From the IMG/VR virus record IMGVR_UViG_3300021387_003972: 64,000 nucleotides of DNA; one strand, given 5' to 3'. Made by a program: the position numbers and the translations under genes. Shown here piece after piece: positions 1 through 7,811 of this stretch (position 1 is its first letter; each line of letters starts with the position of its first letter). The notes under the pieces are model-generated. The model had not been told where the DNA came from. It ran no database searches and saw only the letters and a list, made by a program, of their open reading frames with translations. Source of the stretch: an uncultured virus (IMG/VR IMGVR_UViG_3300021387_003972) (Duplodnaviria; Heunggongvirae; Uroviricota; Caudoviricetes).

Positions 1-2
1 AG

Positions 3-52
3 CAAAAAAGGCGCTTACCTCTCATTCGCACTGAATTCATCGGTAAGCGCCT
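3..52 (-). terminator. Probable intrinsic terminator belonging to the neighbouring element
   Basis: Inverted repeat aggcgcttacc / ggtaagcgcct followed on the minus strand by a T-run. Confidence 0.5.
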
Positions 53-182
53 GCCTTCACTAAGATATATTCTGTTGTTTGTCGCATCGAAAAGCTCTTT
101 TCCTTATATTGATAAAACGTTGATAAAAGTCCTGCCCCGGTGGCCTGAACCCCGCATAAATACTGGGTTTTTGACCATTTAG

Positions 183-221
183 TCAGATGCTTCCATGGCA
201 AATAAAAAGCACTTTAATCAT
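183..221 (-). pseudogene. 5' fragment of a low-molecular-weight protein-tyrosine-phosphatase gene at the att junction (MIKVLFICHGSI*)
   Basis: ATG ATT AAA GTG CTT TTT ATT TGC CAT GGA AGC ATC TGA with an upstream AGGAAGG RBS; matches the LMW-PTP N-terminus VLFICHGN(ICRS) but diverges right after CHG. Confidence 0.8.
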
Positions 222-245
222 ATTGGTTTTCCTTCCTGTAAGGGC

Positions 246-400
246 ACGATTTGCCGCGATATGCCGCACTTTGCGGAGTCGGTTTTCAGGCACATACTAT
301 CCAAAATTATAGGCCGAAATGGCAAATCGTGGCAAAACGAGGCAAATCGAGGACGTCAAACGTAGTAAAATCGTAGTAGAAATCGGGGTGTTTTACTACC
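246..400. repeat. Element-end protein-binding repeats (probable Int arm-type and Xis sites)
   Basis: Three 10-bp tandem repeats ggcaaa(t/a)cg at 321-350 and three degenerate inverted copies at 246-275; cgtagtaaaa/cgtagtagaa at 361-383 and inverted ttttactacc at 391-400 resemble Tn916 DR2 (AGTAGTAAATT). Confidence 0.6.
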
Positions 401-481
401 GGTGCCCTTTCGTGACTTTAGGTGACCTGGAGTGTATAGGGTTCTTCTCTCGCAAAAACACTTACATTTTTTCATTATTCA

Positions 482-2986
482 TCAGAAATAATTATCCAGA
501 ATATCCTTTGCCTTTTTCCCCAGTTCGTTAAGGTAATCATCATTACTTTTCACCCCTATTTTCACAACGCGTTCAAACATTGTCTTTGCCTTTTCCAGCA
601 TTTGTTTGTCAGCATACTTGAAAAAAATAAAACTCTTGCGAGCGCTATTGTTGAAGTAATATGCACCCATATTAAATAAAGTAATCGATAAATCTTTATA
701 TGCCTGTAGCGTCCCCATCTTCTCCGCGAGCTCCTCTGCGATGGCAAGGCTTTTCTCATAATAACTCTGCGCTCCACTCAGGTCTCCCTGTGCCTTCGCT
801 GTATCTCCGAGCTTATCACAGCTGATGGAAAGTTCCCTCCTCGACTCGACTGTCCCCGTCTTCTCCGCGAGCTCCTCTCTGATGGCAAGGCTTTTCTCAT
901 AATATCCCTGCGCTCTACTCAGGTCCCCCAGTGCTCTCGCTGTATCTCCGAGCTTTTCATAGCTGATAGACAGGTCCCTCCTCGACCCGATCGTTCCCGT
1001 CTTCTCAGCAATCTCCTCAAAAATAGCAAAGCTTTTCTCATAATATCTCTTCGCTCCACTCAGGTCCCCCAGTGCTCTCGCTGTATCTCCGAGCCTTCCA
1101 TAGCTGACGGACAGGTCCCTCATCGACCCGACCGTCCCCGCCTTCTCCGCGAGCTCCTCTGCGATGACAAGGCTTTTCTCATGATACCTCCGCGCTCCAC
1201 TCAGGTCTCCCTGTGCTGCCGCTGTATCTCCGAGCTTTACATAACTGACGTACAGGCCCCTCCTCGACTCGACTGTCCCCGTCTTCTCCGCGAGCTCCTC
1301 TGCGATGGCAAGGCTTTTCTCATAATAACTCTGCGCTCCACTCAGGTCTCCCTGTGCTGCCGCTGTATCTCCGAGCTTTTCATAGCTGATAGACAGGTCC
1401 CTCCTCGACCAGATCGTTCCCGCCTTCTCCGCGAGCTCCTCAAAAATGGCAAGTCCTTTCTCATAATATCTCTGTGCTCCACTCAGGTCCCCCAGTGTTC
1501 TCGCTGTATCTCCGAGCTTTCCATAGCTGACGGACAGGTCCCTCATCGACCCGACTGTCCCCGTCTTTTCCGCGAGCTCCTCTGCGATGACAAGGCTTTT
1601 CTCATGATACCTCTGCGCTCCACTCAGGTCTCCCTGTGCTGCCGCTGTATCTCCAAGATTGTTACAGCTGACGGACAGATACCGCCGGTATCTGTTCTCT
1701 CCTGATCCTGCACACTGTTCTGCCAGAGTATACATCTCGGCATAAGCCGCCTTCGCAGCTTCTAGTATCCCAAGCGCATACTGCGCATCTCCCAGGTTCC
1801 ACAGGCTGCTGATTAGTCTGGCCGCTCTGTCCCCTGTCGGATCCGCCTCATATGCTTTTCTCAGATATCCCACATGCTTTTCACGCCATCTGACCCCCTC
1901 AAAATAATCTCGCCCGACACCTTTTCCAGTCTCATACATCGTAACGAGCTGTTCCATTGCCTCAGGGACTCCCGCTTCTGCCGCGCCTTTGATCAGCTGC
2001 ACTGCCCGCTCAACATCGACTTCCACATCGATCCCGTCCAAATAGGCAAGGCCAATCAGGAAATTATGCTCCGGGTCCTCATCGTTGGCTTCAACTGCCA
2101 TTGTCCGGATCTTCTCCAGAAGCACCGCGCGAAAAGTCTCACTCTCTTTCCCCGACACGCAGGGCGGAAGCGCTTCGTAATGTTCCTCCAACAGGCTGCG
2201 GTCCGTCTCCTCCATCTCTACAGGCAGTACCGGCTTTCCCTGCTTTCTTGCTGCCGGGTATTCCGTGGTCATGACATAATTGATCTCATTTACCAGGTTC
2301 GGCGTCACGACCAGGGCAAACAGGTCGCTCTTTTGCAGCATCTTTCCGATCGCTTGATTGAAATCCTCGCCCGGGGTCAGGAACTCGTCATACCAGATCG
2401 CAATGTCGCGGCATAACGGATTGCGGTGGATCAGCCTCATTAACTCCTGGGCCTTTCTCCTGTCCTTTTTGCGATAACTCAGGAAAATATAGGCGTCAAA
2501 AGCCGCCCGGACCTTTTCAGCCAGCTCACTGCTGACAAGAACCGACTTGATGTAAGTCTCCAGCACCTCGTCAAAACTCCGCCGCGTCTCATCCGTATCA
2601 TTTGGATCCAGGTACTGCAGATCGCCGAATCGTTCCGAGTACATGTCCTCCACCCCGCGCTCCATCATGATGGGAAGTACCGGGATATGTCTCTCTTTTG
2701 CCAGCGGAAACTCAAAATCCATCGCGCGGTTTGCCGTCGTAAGGAGCTTTGTAGTGATCGGCATTACAAAGAGCTGCATCTGCGACAGGTTCAGCTCCAG
2801 GTCCTCCCTGTCATAGTCAGCTTCCGGCTCAGCTTCATACCAGATGGCGCAGTCCTGGATCCTGAGGACCCTGGCGGCATATTCTTCAAAATACTTCCCG
2901 AAGTCAGCCGGATAGCAGGCAAAATAAACCTTCGGCTTTCCCTGGGGTCTTTCATCGGCAATGGTCCTGTACTGTAATCTGGACAT
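482..2986 (-). CDS. Tandem TIR-domain protein with Sel1-like and TPR repeats (candidate defence/signalling moron)
   Basis: TIR-like 1 (KVYFACY..AIWYE..LFVMPIT..DFEFPLA..IPVLPI), TIR 2 (YIFLSYRKKD..IWYDEFLTPGEDF..LFALVVTP..TTEYPAA..PVLPV), Sel1 motifs (GLAYLDGIDVEVD..AAEAG; MYETGKGVGRD), then 7 x 47-aa TPR-like repeats. Confidence 0.88.
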   Translation of the reverse strand: MSRLQYRTIADERPQGKPKVYFACYPADFGKYFEEYAARVLRIQDCAIWYEAEPEADYDREDLELNLSQMQLFVMPITTKLLTTANRAMDFEFPLAKERHIPVLPIMMERGVEDMYSERFGDLQYLDPNDTDETRRSFDEVLETYIKSVLVSSELAEKVRAAFDAYIFLSYRKKDRRKAQELMRLIHRNPLCRDIAIWYDEFLTPGEDFNQAIGKMLQKSDLFALVVTPNLVNEINYVMTTEYPAARKQGKPVLPVEMEETDRSLLEEHYEALPPCVSGKESETFRAVLLEKIRTMAVEANDEDPEHNFLIGLAYLDGIDVEVDVERAVQLIKGAAEAGVPEAMEQLVTMYETGKGVGRDYFEGVRWREKHVGYLRKAYEADPTGDRAARLISSLWNLGDAQYALGILEAAKAAYAEMYTLAEQCAGSGENRYRRYLSVSCNNLGDTAAAQGDLSGAQRYHEKSLVIAEELAEKTGTVGSMRDLSVSYGKLGDTARTLGDLSGAQRYYEKGLAIFEELAEKAGTIWSRRDLSISYEKLGDTAAAQGDLSGAQSYYEKSLAIAEELAEKTGTVESRRGLYVSYVKLGDTAAAQGDLSGARRYHEKSLVIAEELAEKAGTVGSMRDLSVSYGRLGDTARALGDLSGAKRYYEKSFAIFEEIAEKTGTIGSRRDLSISYEKLGDTARALGDLSRAQGYYEKSLAIREELAEKTGTVESRRELSISCDKLGDTAKAQGDLSGAQSYYEKSLAIAEELAEKMGTLQAYKDLSITLFNMGAYYFNNSARKSFIFFKYADKQMLEKAKTMFERVVKIGVKSNDDYLNELGKKAKDILDNYF
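701..1687 (-). repeat. Seven tandem 141-bp (47-aa) TPR-coding repeats
   Basis: gctgtatctcc recurs every 141 bp; unit consensus RRDLSxSYxKLGDTAxAxGDLSGAxxYYEKSLAIxEELAEKTGTxxS. Confidence 0.95.
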
Positions 2987-3189
2987 ATACTCCTCCTTTG
3001 GATCAATTTCCTATTATCTATACAAAGTCCATTATAAACTGAGCGGCGTTTGATTCTGTTATGATCATTGGATCCGGAATCTCAGTTCGGATTTCCCTTT
3101 CAGACAAATCGTTATTTACTGCCGTACTCTATTTTAACATAACTAAAATAAGCCCTCCACACGAAGGTGAAGGGCCACTAATCCTCCAT

Positions 3190-4479
3190 TCATACCACTC
3201 TGAACATCTTCTTGCTCAGCTTTTCCTTCCCTTCCTTTACTCCATTCAGCTTCTCCTGCTCTCTCCGGGCTGACTCGACTTCCTCCATCCTGGCCATCTC
3301 TGCTGCCGCGTCCTCCATCCCCAGATGTGTGTAAACGTTCATCGTGACGCCGATGTCACTGTGACCCATCAGGTACTGCAGCGTTTTGGGGTTCATTCCC
3401 GCCTTCGCCTGGTTGCTACAATAGGTATGGCGGCAAATGTGAGGTGTAATATTCGGCAGCTGTTCCCGGTAGATCTCGTTGTAGCGGCTCACCGCATGGT
3501 TGAACCGATGCTCCCAGTGCATCGCCACTTCCGGCATGCCGTTCTTGTCCAGGTACAGAAATCCGGTATAGCCGCCAACCATCTTCTCTACCCGAGGTGC
3601 TTCTCGGTCCTCCAGAATTGCTTGAAAGCAGCGGAACACTTCCTCAGTCATGGGGAGCTTCCTTGTTCCTGCATTCGTCTTGGTAGACTCGATCATGTAC
3701 TCCATTTTGGTGGTCCGCTGCAACTGCTTGTTGATGTCGATGATCCTCTTCTCCATGTCGAGATCGTGGATGGTCAATCCGCAGAACTCCGAGATGCGCA
3801 TTCCCGTATGGAACAAAATATAGAATGCCTCGTAGTATCTGCAGTAGTTGTTATCGTCGTGCACAAACTTCAGGAACTTGCGCATTTGGTCTTTGGTGAT
3901 TGCCTCCCTTGTCACGCTGTCGTTGATCACCACCCCGGCAAGCTGGAATCCGAATGGATTTTTCTGCAGGTAGTCGTCGTCGACTGCCATCTGGAAGGCA
4001 GGACGGAGCACACCTCTCACTGTTTTGACACTGCTGTATCCTTTACCATCAGCCTGCATCTTGATCAGGAAGAGCTTCGCGTCTGATGTCTTTACATCCC
4101 CGATCCGTTTCCCGCTGAAATCCTCCTTCTCCAGAAGATTCAACACGAATCTGTAGTTTGTAAGCGTGCTGGGCTTTGCTCCGGTCCTGGTATCCAGGTA
4201 TCTCCTCACCAGCTCCATCACCGTCATGTTCTTCATCGAGGGATCCATCTGTGAGTCGAGGTCGTATCCGATCTTCTTCTCCATTTCCCTCAGCGAGAGG
4301 CAGGGCTTTTTCCCTTGCGGCAGCTTATCCGTCGGCTCCAATCGCCAGCTGTAGATGAATTTCGCCTTGCCGTTCACGTGGTACTTGAACTGATACAGGC
4401 CATCTTCCCTGACTGACTCGCCGACCCGCAGAACTCTATGTTTTGAATCTCTTCTTTTAGGAAACGCGCGCTTTGCCAT
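3190..4479 (-). CDS. int: Tn916-family tyrosine integrase
   Basis: N-terminal RRDSKHRVLRVGESVREDG arm-binding domain; catalytic TGMRISE, HICRHTY, LMGHSDIGVTMNVYTH. Confidence 0.95.
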   Translation of the reverse strand: MAKRAFPKRRDSKHRVLRVGESVREDGLYQFKYHVNGKAKFIYSWRLEPTDKLPQGKKPCLSLREMEKKIGYDLDSQMDPSMKNMTVMELVRRYLDTRTGAKPSTLTNYRFVLNLLEKEDFSGKRIGDVKTSDAKLFLIKMQADGKGYSSVKTVRGVLRPAFQMAVDDDYLQKNPFGFQLAGVVINDSVTREAITKDQMRKFLKFVHDDNNYCRYYEAFYILFHTGMRISEFCGLTIHDLDMEKRIIDINKQLQRTTKMEYMIESTKTNAGTRKLPMTEEVFRCFQAILEDREAPRVEKMVGGYTGFLYLDKNGMPEVAMHWEHRFNHAVSRYNEIYREQLPNITPHICRHTYCSNQAKAGMNPKTLQYLMGHSDIGVTMNVYTHLGMEDAAAEMARMEEVESARREQEKLNGVKEGKEKLSKKMFRVV

Positions 4480-4906
4480 TCTTTAATTCCTCCATAATCT
4501 CCGGGTGATCCTCCATGTACTCCTCAAACTCATCGCGGATGATGATCTTCCGCGTTTTGAAGAATGCCACGAAGGGAAGCTCCTCTTCACCCTCAAGCAG
4601 CTTCTTGAACTTCCTGCGGCTGAGGTCGTAGAAAACGATCGCTTCTTCCGGGTTAAATATGCTCTTGTCTTCCAATTGTGCTCTTTTCAATTCTTCTCCT
4701 TTGGTACCCGGCATGATCGGGTTTTTCTTCAGATATGCCTCAAACTCAGCTCGAATGATCAGGTAGCGGTTGCCGTTGTAAGCTGAGAATGTACCAAGGT
4801 GGTCTTCCGCAAGCCTTCTCATCCTCTTGATACCGATGCCGAAATAATCGGCTGCTTCCTTGATGGTCAGCGTGTATTTTTCACTTGTTGCTAATTTCTG
4901 GTTCAT
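4457..4906 (-). CDS. xis: Excisionase with two tandem Tn916-Xis-like domains
   Basis: EKYTLTIKEAADYFGIGIKRMRRLA..NGNRYLIIRAEFE, then a degenerate second copy (IFNPEEAIVFYDLSRRKFKKL..RKIIIRDEFEEY); overlaps the int start. Confidence 0.85.
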   Translation of the reverse strand: MNQKLATSEKYTLTIKEAADYFGIGIKRMRRLAEDHLGTFSAYNGNRYLIIRAEFEAYLKKNPIMPGTKGEELKRAQLEDKSIFNPEEAIVFYDLSRRKFKKLLEGEEELPFVAFFKTRKIIIRDEFEEYMEDHPEIMEELKNGKARVS

Positions 4907-4990
4907 AGCGATGCCTCCTTTTATTTTGGTATGCTATACATCACTCTGAACCGTACTAATATCAACAACTATTTGGCAGACGAACGATAA

Positions 4991-5191
4991 TTATATCGCT
5001 GATGCCTGCTGCAAAAACGCCTCAAACCTATCGCGGATGATGAGGTACCGGTTGCCGTTATAAACTGCGAAGTCTCCAAGGTTGTCCTCCGCGAGTCTGC
5101 GCATCTTCTTAGTGCCGATGCTGAAATAATCAGCTGCTTCTTTGATAGTGAGCGAGTACTTCTCGCTTAAAGGTACTTTGTTCTCATTCAT
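4991..5191 (-). CDS. xis: Tn916-type excisionase
   Basis: KVPLSEKYSLTIKEAADYFSIGTKKMRRLAE..NGNRYLIIRDRFE. Confidence 0.9.
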   Translation of the reverse strand: MNENKVPLSEKYSLTIKEAADYFSIGTKKMRRLAEDNLGDFAVYNGNRYLIIRDRFEAFLQQASAI

Positions 5192-5260
5192 GACTTAATC
5201 CTCCTTCTACTATTACTCCCCCACCTAGGACGATTTTTTCCGGAACTTTTCTAACCTTTA

Positions 5261-5288
5261 TCCGACAAAAATGAGGTCAGATTCCAAA
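5261..5288 (-). promoter_or_regulatory. Copy 1 of 28-bp motif TTTGGAATC-N8-TTTTTGTCGGA, upstream of xis-xis-int
   Basis: Identical conserved blocks and spacing to the copies at 48323-48350 and 48435-48462. Confidence 0.7.
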
Positions 5289-5333
5289 TTGAAGGTAAAA
5301 AAAATAACGGCCTGCATATTGCAGACCGCTGTG

Positions 5334-5597
5334 TCAATGTTTTGCCTCAACCCATTTCTCATGGTGATTTATATAGCGAATAGCTTCCTCCAATGATTTG
5401 TAATTCCCGTGCTGCCGGTGAAACGGATCCTTCTTGGAGTGCCGATGGAGTATGTAACAGTCCGGACTTTGATAGTTTGAAACGATGATCCAATCGTGCC
5501 CGGTGGCGCGACTGTGGATTGTGGCGTCGTGGTGGTTCAACTGGAGAATGTCATATGAAGACTGTCTGAGCAGACTCATTTCTGCTTCATCAAACAT
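5334..5597 (-). CDS. Hypothetical protein (His-rich)
   Basis: 87-aa ORF overlapping the stop of the upstream ORF; RBS present. Confidence 0.6.
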   Translation of the reverse strand: MFDEAEMSLLRQSSYDILQLNHHDATIHSRATGHDWIIVSNYQSPDCYILHRHSKKDPFHRQHGNYKSLEEAIRYINHHEKWVEAKH

Positions 5598-5814
5598 CCT
5601 TCTCCTCCTTCAGTTCTTCACTTATGGATTCGATGCCTTCTTCCATATCTGAAATAATAGATTCCAAGGATCGCAATACCACGGCGAGCATTTCCCTCTC
5701 ATATTGCCAGTCCTTCTGGTCCTCCACCACCTGAACTACCGACTTCAGTGCCTTTAAATCTTCACAAGCGAATTGTAACAGGTTTCTGCTGTCAGCAATA
5801 CTAATCCTGTTCAT
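5590..5814 (-). CDS. Hypothetical coiled-coil protein
   Basis: 74-aa ORF with a GGGAGG RBS. Confidence 0.6.
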   Translation of the reverse strand: MNRISIADSRNLLQFACEDLKALKSVVQVVEDQKDWQYEREMLAVVLRSLESIISDMEEGIESISEELKEEKDV

Positions 5815-6024
5815 ACCCCTGTCCTCCCTTTATTTATGAATCTACACTGTTATTGTAATATCGAGCGAGCATATGCGTTCTCACCGTTACAGTGTGATAC
5901 TCGCCCCTTTCTTATACTGGTGCGATATTAACACTTGGGAGACGCAGATAAAATAGGTTGAGGAACCGAAAATCCGAAAGTGGCCATTTTTGTGATTTTC
6001 GCATAAACGCAAAAAGCGGTGATC

Positions 6025-6279
6025 TTACCGAATCACCGCCATACCATTATCCCAGATTTCTTCACTCGCTACGTCGAGCTCATCTGTCCATACAACTCCG
6101 TATCCACCGCTTTCAATCCTCGGGTGCAGGAAAATCTCTGGATCTTGTTCCATCGCCCGAAATGCCGGATACCTTTCTATGAGCGCCCTGCAGTCATAAT
6201 GGCGTATCTCGCCCCCAGTGAATACTGCTTCAAGAATGAATCCTTCCAAGGTCCTCACTTCCTCTATTACCCCGGTCAT
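6025..6279 (-). CDS. DUF2442-like protein
   Basis: LEAVFTGGEIRHYD..YPAF..GGYGVVWTDELDVASEEIWDNG pattern. Confidence 0.7.
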   Translation of the reverse strand: MTGVIEEVRTLEGFILEAVFTGGEIRHYDCRALIERYPAFRAMEQDPEIFLHPRIESGGYGVVWTDELDVASEEIWDNGMAVIR

Positions 6280-6317
6280 ATATACCTCGTTTCAAATTAA
6301 TACAGACTATGGCCTTT

Positions 6318-6569
6318 TCATTTGATCTCAATGTTCATCCTTTTACAATAATCCCCTATTGTTTCCAGGACTTCCCCCTTCTGACAAATAATGAAGTCAG
6401 CAAAACCATCTGTACCTCTCTCTGCGTAATCTCTCACGAACTTCTCAAGTCCTTCTTCCGTTACGCCTTGCCAATACGGAATAAGATTGTCTCCATCTTT
6501 GCAATATACAATTTTCCCATCGAACATCAGTCTTCCAAACTCGTTACACTCCATTGCCGTCTCCTTCAT
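6318..6569 (-). CDS. Hypothetical protein
   Basis: 83-aa ORF in the same orientation as its neighbours. Confidence 0.5.
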   Translation of the reverse strand: MKETAMECNEFGRLMFDGKIVYCKDGDNLIPYWQGVTEEGLEKFVRDYAERGTDGFADFIICQKGEVLETIGDYCKRMNIEIK

Positions 6570-6736
6570 TAGTCTTGATCATGAGTTTTAAGTTTCATCT
6601 TCTGTTATTATATCACCGCTCCCTCTATTTATATGTCTCAAAAAACGCCCTCCAACTGAGCTGGTCTATTTTACGCCCAATAAAATAAAGCCTGTGAGCC
6701 ATATCATATCGATACAGCCCACAGGCGTATTCATCG

Positions 6737-6898
6737 TCAAATCTTCTCCGTTTTATTAAGCTGGATCCATCCGGCTCCACTCTTGAACCTTCCCCAGTCA
6801 CCCTTTACCTCAACGATGGTAAAAATCCCGGCAGGGCACTTCCGCTCTGCCCTTCCATAACCGGTTCCAGGGCCTTTCCGAATATGTAAAAAGGGAAC
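6737..6898 (-). pseudogene. Start-less relic of the 3' end of the MBL/lysin cell-wall-binding domain
   Basis: Translates VPFLHIRKGPGTGYGRAERKCPAGIFTIVEVKGDWGRFKSGAGWIQLNKTEKI*, versus VPFL..KGPGTSYGKTERKCPVGIFTIVQVKGDWGRLKSGAGWIMLSKTEKV at the end of 7812-9044. Confidence 0.85.
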
Positions 6899-6931
6899 TC
6901 GTCAAAAGCACAACAGCATCTTTATTCTTTG

Positions 6932-7594
6932 TCATCCTAAAACAGGAGTTTCAATAACAATATTTAAATCAAGATTATCCATAATTTTTTGGGGGTCTAT
7001 TTTTTCTTGTGCTCCATTTTCGAACTTTTCGAATGCGTGTTTTTGTGAGCCTGATTTATCTATTGAATACTGCTTTCCAATAGTTATAAGCTCCGTTGTT
7101 TGTAATAACTGGAAAGCTTCATCTGTTTGACATATCCATTGTTTGCTATTTTCATTATACTCTGGTGTGGTCATTAAATAATAATAAGTCCGTTCTTCTG
7201 ATCCTCCTTGTGAGTTATCAGATTTATAAACAAGTTTAACAGCCACACCCTCATCAACCGTACTTACTGCTGCGTCTAATATTTCCATCGAAGATGGATT
7301 CTCTAACCGTTCCCTCTCCTTTTTAGCTACTCCTATCACTGCTGCTTCGTTTGGAGAGATCGAATCTAATCCTTCTATAAGTTCGTCGTACCCTGTAATT
7401 AATGCCTGTTCAGACTCTAAGAGCTCGTTATACATTGCTTCTATCTCCTTGAGCTCTGAATAAGAAGCACCCGCTTCGGTAGCTTTATCTATCTTGTGTT
7501 GCAATTCTTGGACATTTTCTGGAATTTTTTTACCGCAACCAGTAAAGCTTGCAACTATTAATATGAATACAATTAATGAAACAACTCTTTTCAT
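6932..7594 (-). CDS. Putative lipoprotein moron
   Basis: Signal peptide plus lipobox (MKRVVSLIVFILIVASFTG-C); AT-rich; own promoter. Confidence 0.8.
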   Translation of the reverse strand: MKRVVSLIVFILIVASFTGCGKKIPENVQELQHKIDKATEAGASYSELKEIEAMYNELLESEQALITGYDELIEGLDSISPNEAAVIGVAKKERERLENPSSMEILDAAVSTVDEGVAVKLVYKSDNSQGGSEERTYYYLMTTPEYNENSKQWICQTDEAFQLLQTTELITIGKQYSIDKSGSQKHAFEKFENGAQEKIDPQKIMDNLDLNIVIETPVLG

Positions 7595-7729
7595 AACTCT
7601 GCCTCCTTTAAAATAATGCTTTGAGTGTATATTTTAATTAAATATTAATTGTACATTGTTAAATTGCTGATTTGGTGGGCTGTCAGCCCACTCCTGTTAC
7701 ATATACATAATGCATAAAGCTTTAAATAA

Positions 7730-7758
7730 AATATATACATATATTTATATATTGTCAA
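7730..7758 (-). promoter_or_regulatory. SigA-type promoter of the lipoprotein moron
   Basis: TTGACA-17 nt-TATATT on the minus strand. Confidence 0.65.
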
Positions 7759-7811
7759 CAAAAGCATATGGGCCGTATCACTCCTGATACAACCCACAGG
7801 CATTTCTCAGC

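Noticed and set aside
319..531. 70-aa plus-strand ORF at the element end
   Set aside because: Runs across att-proximal binding repeats and overlaps the TIR gene end; no RBS or recognisable motif
701..1687. Possible CRISPR array or DGR variable region in the 141-bp repeats
   Set aside because: Repeats are contiguous, in frame and coding, with no unique spacers; no reverse transcriptase or template repeat seen, and differences are not confined to adenines
5866..5880. LexA/SOS box (gagcatatgcgttc)
   Set aside because: Spacing and left half do not fit GAAC-N4-GTTC
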